From the IMG/VR virus record IMGVR_UViG_3300021399_000096: 64,000 nt of DNA. One strand, written 5' to 3'. Shown in pieces: positions 58,414 through 64,000 of this stretch; within the stretch, counting starts at the first letter, position 1, and every line of letters starts with the position of its first letter. This DNA comes from a virus (Duplodnaviria; Heunggongvirae; Uroviricota; Caudoviricetes). The translations under genes and the position numbers were made by a program. The notes beneath the pieces were generated by a model. It made no database searches. It worked only from the letters and a program-made list of their open reading frames with translations, and was not told where the DNA came from.

Positions 58414-59181
58414 TTATCTTATAACTTTTCCTTTAATAATACGTGGTCCTATCACCATAAATGCTCTAGATGGATCTAATTTTAATCTCATTGTATTATA
58501 TCTTTGTTCAGAAATATAATCAAATGTTCCTTCTGCATCTGGAACATAAATCTATATCTAATTTATCACAATATCATTATCAACAAAATCATATATTACT
58601 ACTAATCCTAAATTATTATTTGTTCTAATTGCATTATTAAATGGATTTTTTTGATTTATGCCCTGAACTGCTTTTACTTGAACATTATATGATTTTCCGC
58701 CATAATTAATTATAAAATCAGAAATTGGCTGATTATCTTTTCCCATTTCAATAGAAATTCTTTCAGAAATATCAAATCCCTAATGACCAATAATATCAGT
58801 TTTATCTGCATAATCATCAGGTTTGCCTTCATAGCCATTTATATATGCTTTTAATGCATTTACTAATGCTTCCTATATTAATAATCCAGATATATGGCCA
58901 TTAGAAATTACACCATCCAAAGTATCTCCGGTATATGGCATAGTTCCTGAAATTCTAATATTTTTAATTAAAACTGGGTCAGTTGAATTATCCAATTTTG
59001 CTAAATTATCACAAATAAACATTAAGTATCTAGTAATATCTATATAAAAATCATAATTTGCATCTGATATATACTACCTAGAATTATCGTGTAATATATC
59101 TTCATTTAGCACTTTCTTAACTTCTTTAGCAACAGAAGTCATAATACTTTCATATAATGATTTTTTGTTATCACTTTTCAT
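58414..59181 (-). CDS. Leader-B + restriction-endonuclease-like domain, 255 aa
   Basis: MKSDNKKSLYESIMTSVAKEVKKVLNE...GLLI(Q)E...SDFII...NVQVKA; resembles 56287-56841. Confidence 0.7.
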
Positions 59182-59191
59182 ATTATTTTTA

Positions 59192-59794
59192 TTAAATTTT
59201 CTAAGTCAATTCATACCATTTTTTAACATATCCGATAATTGTATCTTTTATATTAAGTTTTTTCCATTCGATACCAATTACTTTATTTTTCTGGTCATCT
59301 ATTATATATGTTGCATTTTTAATCCAATCATCTTTGGTATTATGTTCTATACCATCTTTATCAACCCAATAAAATCTTAATTCTGCTGGAGTTTCTTCAT
59401 TATTAATTAAAAATGAATTTTTTACAATCTATCCTTTTTTATAATAAGAGAAAAATATATTATCAATTTTTGAATCCAATTTTTCTATTTTTATCTTTTT
59501 ATCTTTATAGTTTAAAATACCATGAAGTAATTGTCCTGCATATAAAACTTTATTTGCATTTAATTTTTTATCAGTACTTAATGCAGAGTTAATATAATAA
59601 ATAGCATCTATCATATTCTATTCATCTCTTACAACTATTTCACCATTATTAACTTTTTTCATTATATCATATAATAAATCTTCAAGAGCTGGTTTATTCC
59701 CTTGAACTTCACTTTCATTCAGTGCTTTTTTAACTTCTTTAGCTACTGAAGTCATAATGCTTTCATATAAAACCTTTTTATTATCTTTTTTCAT
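59192..59794 (-). CDS. Leader-B + unknown domain, 200 aa
   Basis: MKKDNKKVLYESIMTSVAKEVKKALNE...; open under code 15. Confidence 0.8.
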
Positions 59795-59822
59795 TATATT
59801 TTTTATTATTTTTTATTATTTT

Positions 59823-60776
59823 TCAACTTACTGCATCAGCAAAATCTTTTGCCATTTGTTTTGCATCATCTAAAGTTTTAGCAGTCCAATCTTTTCCTTT
59901 ATATCCGCAATCTCCTTTCTTTACTTTGGAACCAATACCAAATCCATAAATTGCTCTATGGCTCCACCCATACCATTTCTGTTCTTTTTCAGAAAAACCA
60001 ATAGAACCTTTATAAACTTTAGAAATTCCATGTTTAGCAAAAAATTTCATAGTTCCTGTAGGTTTTCCATCTGAAGGTTCTGTTGTCACATATGCACCAG
60101 TAGATTTGTCTACATATTGTTTAAATGAAAATCCTTTAGCTTGTTTTAAATCAAAATTATCTTCAAAGAATTTTTTAGCCATTACTCTAGCTTCATTTAA
60201 ATATGCATATTGTTCATTTAATGTTAAATTTTCTTTTACACTATTAAAATTAAACTAAGTTTCATTAAAGTCAAAAGTCTTTCCTTCAAAAACAGTCTTT
60301 GGCATTTCGGTTGCCCCGTAATCATGTGCGATCTCAGTATCTCTTGCTCTATAATAATCTTTAGCTGCCAAATCATTTGGAGTGTATCTTGTCAAAGTTG
60401 GTTTAATAGATTCTGCTTCTAATGGAATTGTATCTTCATTAGAAAAATCTTGAATATAAACAAATTTTGGCATTGTCCCGTCACTTCCAGGAACCCAATA
60501 GAAATATTTAATCATACCTTCATGTTTCTTTCCATCATAAGGGCAATAGCCAGAAATATGGTCGCCGACAAAAAACTTAAATGATTTGTTTTTGTCTAAC
60601 AATTCTGGATCATTTCCTTTCTAACATAAAGTGAATGACAATGGCTTAATCTCATAAGAAAATGCAGGATTTCCATAATCTGGAGATGTAGAAAAACCAG
60701 CAGTAGCTGCCCATGCTTCATTTACAGGCAGAATATTCTATGGATTGACTTTTATTATTTTTGGATTATTATTCAT
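59823..60776 (-). CDS. Hypothetical phage protein, 317 aa
   Basis: Joins 60255-60602 and 59823-60182 via TAG; C-terminal IGFSEKEQKWYGWSHRAIYGFGIG domain preceded by LNE motifs. Confidence 0.75.
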
Positions 60777-61318
60777 TATTTACACTCTAATTTGCACAAT
60801 CTAAATAAGTATATATATCTGTGAACTGTCTCTAAGAACCCTGATAATATATTTCTGCATCCTTCATACTCCATATCGTCTTTATGAAGTTCAAACCAAT
60901 TTACAACACAGATTTTAACTTCATTGATTAATTGTAATGGATCATTTTGAATAGGAAGTTCAAGTTTAGTTATTTCATCACCATTAAATTGACCAATAAT
61001 TGATTGAATATTCTCGGCAATAGCATCTTTGAATTCTTCTAATTCTTCTCCAAAATCATCAATAGTTTTATGATATGACATAGAACAACTTGCCCAGTGA
61101 AGTTGTTTAAACTTATCGGCAAATGCCATTATCTTTGCTACAAATATAATATCTCTAGAAATATCTTCTTTTGGTTTGTTATATTCACCATCTTGAAGAT
61201 CAACAATAATTTGTTTGACACCTCTGACATATTCTGCTTGTTCAGGTGTTATCTATTGAGTTATTGCCTTTATCGCTTCTTTATTTAATAATTGTTCTTT
61301 TGACATAATGTATCCCAT
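60776..61318 (-). CDS. Ferritin/Dps-like four-helix protein, 180 aa
   Basis: KQLHWA...HKTIDDFGEELEEFKDAIAE...YIYL; extended upstream through one TAG. Confidence 0.65.
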
Positions 61319-61453
61319 TTTTAAACAATAAAAGTTTTATTTTATTATTTATTTTCGTTTTAATACATTAAAAAACAAGCTTCCAGAAAATTTTAATTTC
61401 TTTGGAAGCTTATTTATTACTTTTTATTAATTTAAAAATAAATTTATTAACTG

Positions 61454-61507
61454 GAATAACTAACATTAGTTATTTTATGACATGTTAGCAAAAAAGTTTT
61501 TTGCATA
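61454..61507. repeat. Dispersed ~55-bp intergenic element, copy 2
   Basis: gaataactaacattagttattttatgacatgttagcaaaaaagttttttgcata. Confidence 0.85.
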
Positions 61508-61752
61508 GTTTATTGCATAAAAATAGGGTAAGGTTTGATAGCCGTGATTGTATTGGTTTCTCTGCCATAAATAAAATCGTTGCAAGAACTGATTGACTAT
61601 TTCTCTTACCCGTTAAAAAGCTAAAAAATATTTTAACTTTTATTATTTATTTTAAGAAAAAACAAAAATGAATAAGATAATTAAAATATTATAGATAAAA
61701 ATTTGTTTGTTATAAATTCATTTTAAAACAATTATTATAGAATAATTTTAGG

Positions 61753-61854
61753 ATGTTCTCAGAGTGGTTAAGCCGGTGATTATTGAATAATTTTATTTTG
61801 TGAGTAATGTTTAGATTAAAATTGAATTAATGTTTATAGAGTGGTTAAGCCGGT
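61753..61854. repeat. Two direct repeats atgttNNNagagtggttaagccggt, 77 bp apart
   Basis: Exact 17-mer agagtggttaagccggt at 61761-61777 and 61838-61854. Confidence 0.85.
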
Positions 61855-61925
61855 ATGAAGGTTATCCAGTTTTATCAAACTAGTTGATTTTATTATGAAT
61901 GTTATAAAAATAAAATTTTAAAACT

Positions 61926-63281
61926 ATGAAAAAAGAAACTATTGAAAAATTATTTAGAAGATATATTGGCATTTATGACGATGTTGTATTTAGAACAACA
62001 GGTGAACATATAAGTGAAAATGAAATTAATACAGTAAATGATCAAGTAGACCAATTATTTAAAGAATATGAGCATGTTGAAACTTTAAATGATTTTACTC
62101 AATTTACTAAAAAGATACAAGAAATTCTTACTAATACTACAGAATCTGCTAGCAAATTAAATAAAGAACAACAAGAAAAAACTCTTAAAGAAACTTATTG
62201 GAGATTTAATAATGATCCACTTGGATTTATTCAAGAAAGACTTGATTATGTTGCTAAAAATATTCAAGTAGTCAATGATAATCCTAATAAATTTTATATT
62301 CCGGCTGATCCAGATTTAAAGTATATTGGAGAGAAATATGGAATTAAATATTATTATACTTATGATCCTTCAACTTATGTAACTCCTGAAGAATTAAAGA
62401 AAATTATTAATAAAAAGGAAGAAGAAGAACAAAAATATTCTAAAAGTCAAATACAAAATATAATTAAGGATATTAATAAAATTCCATTACAATTCTGTAT
62501 AGAGACAATTAATAAGTATTTTGATAAAGATTTATTATTACCATTATTATTTGTTAAAAATGATGCTAAAAATAAAATTATTAAATATGCATTATCATTA
62601 CCAACATTTGACAAGGATTTATTAGTAGAAAAATTTAAATTATTTGATGATAATGAAATAATAAAAATATCAAAAATTGGTTTTGGAGAAAATGCAAAAT
62701 ATTTTATTGAGAATTTTATTAAAACAATTCCATCTAGAGAAAAAATATTAAATTACCATTTTGAATTGTGGGAAGAACATATTAAAAATCTTAATAAAAA
62801 ACAACAAAAAGAATTAAAGAAAAAAATTCAGATTATTAAAACATATAAAGATGATTTAACTGATGCGTCTGTAATTAGATTCCAAAATATAACTAATTTA
62901 TTAAATATAAATAATAATGTACTTTACGATATTATTAAAATAGAAACTACATTATTAATTAATGAAATGGAAACTCTTAAATTTAAAAATGGTGAATTAA
63001 ATACATATACTGAAAAATATTCTAATATTATTAATGAGTTATTTAATACTGTTGAAATTACAGAATCTAATCAAACTGCGAAAGATACATATACTAAAAA
63101 ATATTCTAATATTATTAATGAGCTATTTAACAGTATTAAAATTACAGAATCAACTCAAACGACTGGAGAGATAATATTTTATATTATTAAGCCAATGATT
63201 GATGAGTTTAATAAACAATACAAATATAAATATCAATGGTTATATGCAAAATCATTGTTAAAAAAGATAATAAAAAATTAA
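61926..63281 (+). CDS. Hypothetical protein, 451 aa, with an internal 28-aa tandem duplication
   Basis: TYTEKYSNIINELFNTVEITES / TYTKKYSNIINELFNSIKITES; no TAG. Confidence 0.8.
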   Translation: MKKETIEKLFRRYIGIYDDVVFRTTGEHISENEINTVNDQVDQLFKEYEHVETLNDFTQFTKKIQEILTNTTESASKLNKEQQEKTLKETYWRFNNDPLGFIQERLDYVAKNIQVVNDNPNKFYIPADPDLKYIGEKYGIKYYYTYDPSTYVTPEELKKIINKKEEEEQKYSKSQIQNIIKDINKIPLQFCIETINKYFDKDLLLPLLFVKNDAKNKIIKYALSLPTFDKDLLVEKFKLFDDNEIIKISKIGFGENAKYFIENFIKTIPSREKILNYHFELWEEHIKNLNKKQQKELKKKIQIIKTYKDDLTDASVIRFQNITNLLNINNNVLYDIIKIETTLLINEMETLKFKNGELNTYTEKYSNIINELFNTVEITESNQTAKDTYTKKYSNIINELFNSIKITESTQTTGEIIFYIIKPMIDEFNKQYKYKYQWLYAKSLLKKIIKN

Positions 63282-63292
63282 ATAAAAAGTTT

Positions 63293-63814
63293 ATGGATAT
63301 TACTGGAATTTTTAGTGAAGCATTCTGGTACATCGCACCAATTTTGGTGACTATGACTACCTTTATCGCTGGTTTAATTAATCAAGGACTTGTTGAGAAG
63401 TATGTTCAGGAGAAGCATCATGCTTGGTTGAAACAGCTTATTGCATGGGTTCTCGGTGCTGGATTTTCATGTGCTGCATGGGGTCTCAAAGTAATTACTT
63501 TTGGAAACCCGGTATGGCTTGGAGTTGTTTGTCTTTGTGTTGTAGTTGGTCTTGCATCTAATGGTGTATATGATATTCCATTTATGCGCAGCTGGATTGA
63601 AAAGTGGTTTAAACATAAAAGCCAATTAACAAATGATACAGTAGCAACTCATTTATTATATGAGGCAATGCCAAAACAAATTAATGAAGGTTTTGCAAAA
63701 GCTGATGTAGAAAATAAGTTAATTAACGAAAATTTAATTAAAGTTAAAAAAGTACCAACAATAAAGGTATCTAAAAAGAAACCAGAACCAACTGAACCAA
63801 ACGTTACAGAGTAA
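63293..63814 (+). CDS. Multi-pass membrane protein, holin-like, 173 aa
   Basis: Three hydrophobic segments ending in GLASNGVYD, then a charged tail. Confidence 0.55.
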   Translation: MDITGIFSEAFWYIAPILVTMTTFIAGLINQGLVEKYVQEKHHAWLKQLIAWVLGAGFSCAAWGLKVITFGNPVWLGVVCLCVVVGLASNGVYDIPFMRSWIEKWFKHKSQLTNDTVATHLLYEAMPKQINEGFAKADVENKLINENLIKVKKVPTIKVSKKKPEPTEPNVTE

Positions 63815-63828
63815 TTAAAAAGGAGCAA

Positions 63829-64000
63829 TTATTTTTGCTCCTTTTCTTTTTTCTCTTCATATTCTCGAAGTTTCTATAATATTTTAGGTATAATTGGATT
63901 TCTAACACAATCTTCATCATTAAACTATATAATACCAATATTTTTATCATCATTAAAAATTTTTATTATTTTTGATAATGCTTCATCTTTTTTATTATGT
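63829..64000 (-). CDS. phoH: C-terminal end of a PhoH-family protein (5' partial)
   Basis: IGII(Q)FNDEDCVRNPIIPKIL(Q)KL matches the PhoH C-terminal F...D.VR.P motif. Confidence 0.7.

Noticed and set aside
61751..61860. tRNA gene (AGAGTGGTTAA resembles a D-loop) or CRISPR array
   Set aside because: No anticodon or T arm (no GTTCRA) and no acceptor stem; only two short repeats and no cas genes.
1..64000. Complete DGR cassette (RT, template repeat) within the window
   Set aside because: No RT motifs and no non-coding AAY-rich copy of the variable 3' ends were found; every copy seen is the end of a full gene.

Overview
AT-rich (roughly a quarter GC by eye) 64-kb segment of a T4-like jumbo/megaphage that reads TAG as Gln (genetic code 15). 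It most resembles the Prevotella-infecting Lak megaphages; that assignment is an inference, not a database hit. The supplied ORF track breaks many genes at TAG. Re-reading TAG as Gln restores continuous genes of up to about 1860 aa, and paralogue alignments show TAG/CAA/CAG interchanged at the same codon. Recognisable genes: ECF-like sigma factor, UvsW helicase, RuvC-like resolvase, T4 gp2-like DNA end protector, PD-(D/E)XK exonuclease, NAD-dependent ligase, RecA/UvsX, free-standing endonuclease, gp15-like tail terminator, ferritin/Dps-like protein, putative holin and the 3' end of phoH. Main highlights: (1) a TAG-free early operon HD hydrolase - Tad2-like protein - receiver-like domain - NadE beside the NAD-dependent ligase, a candidate nucleotide/NAD counter-defence module; (2) two families of conserved N-terminal leaders fused to unrelated cargo domains, including seven VDLGLPSG C-type-lectin-like paralogues whose 3' ends show DGR-like NNY hypervariation, and two restriction-like nucleases; (3) three promoter classes that track TAG usage; (4) a host-like type IX secretion cargo gene with one in-frame TGA; (5) unexplained repeated or structured intergenic elements. 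No tRNA, rRNA, CRISPR array, reverse transcriptase or DGR template repeat was seen. Family assignments come from motif recognition only.
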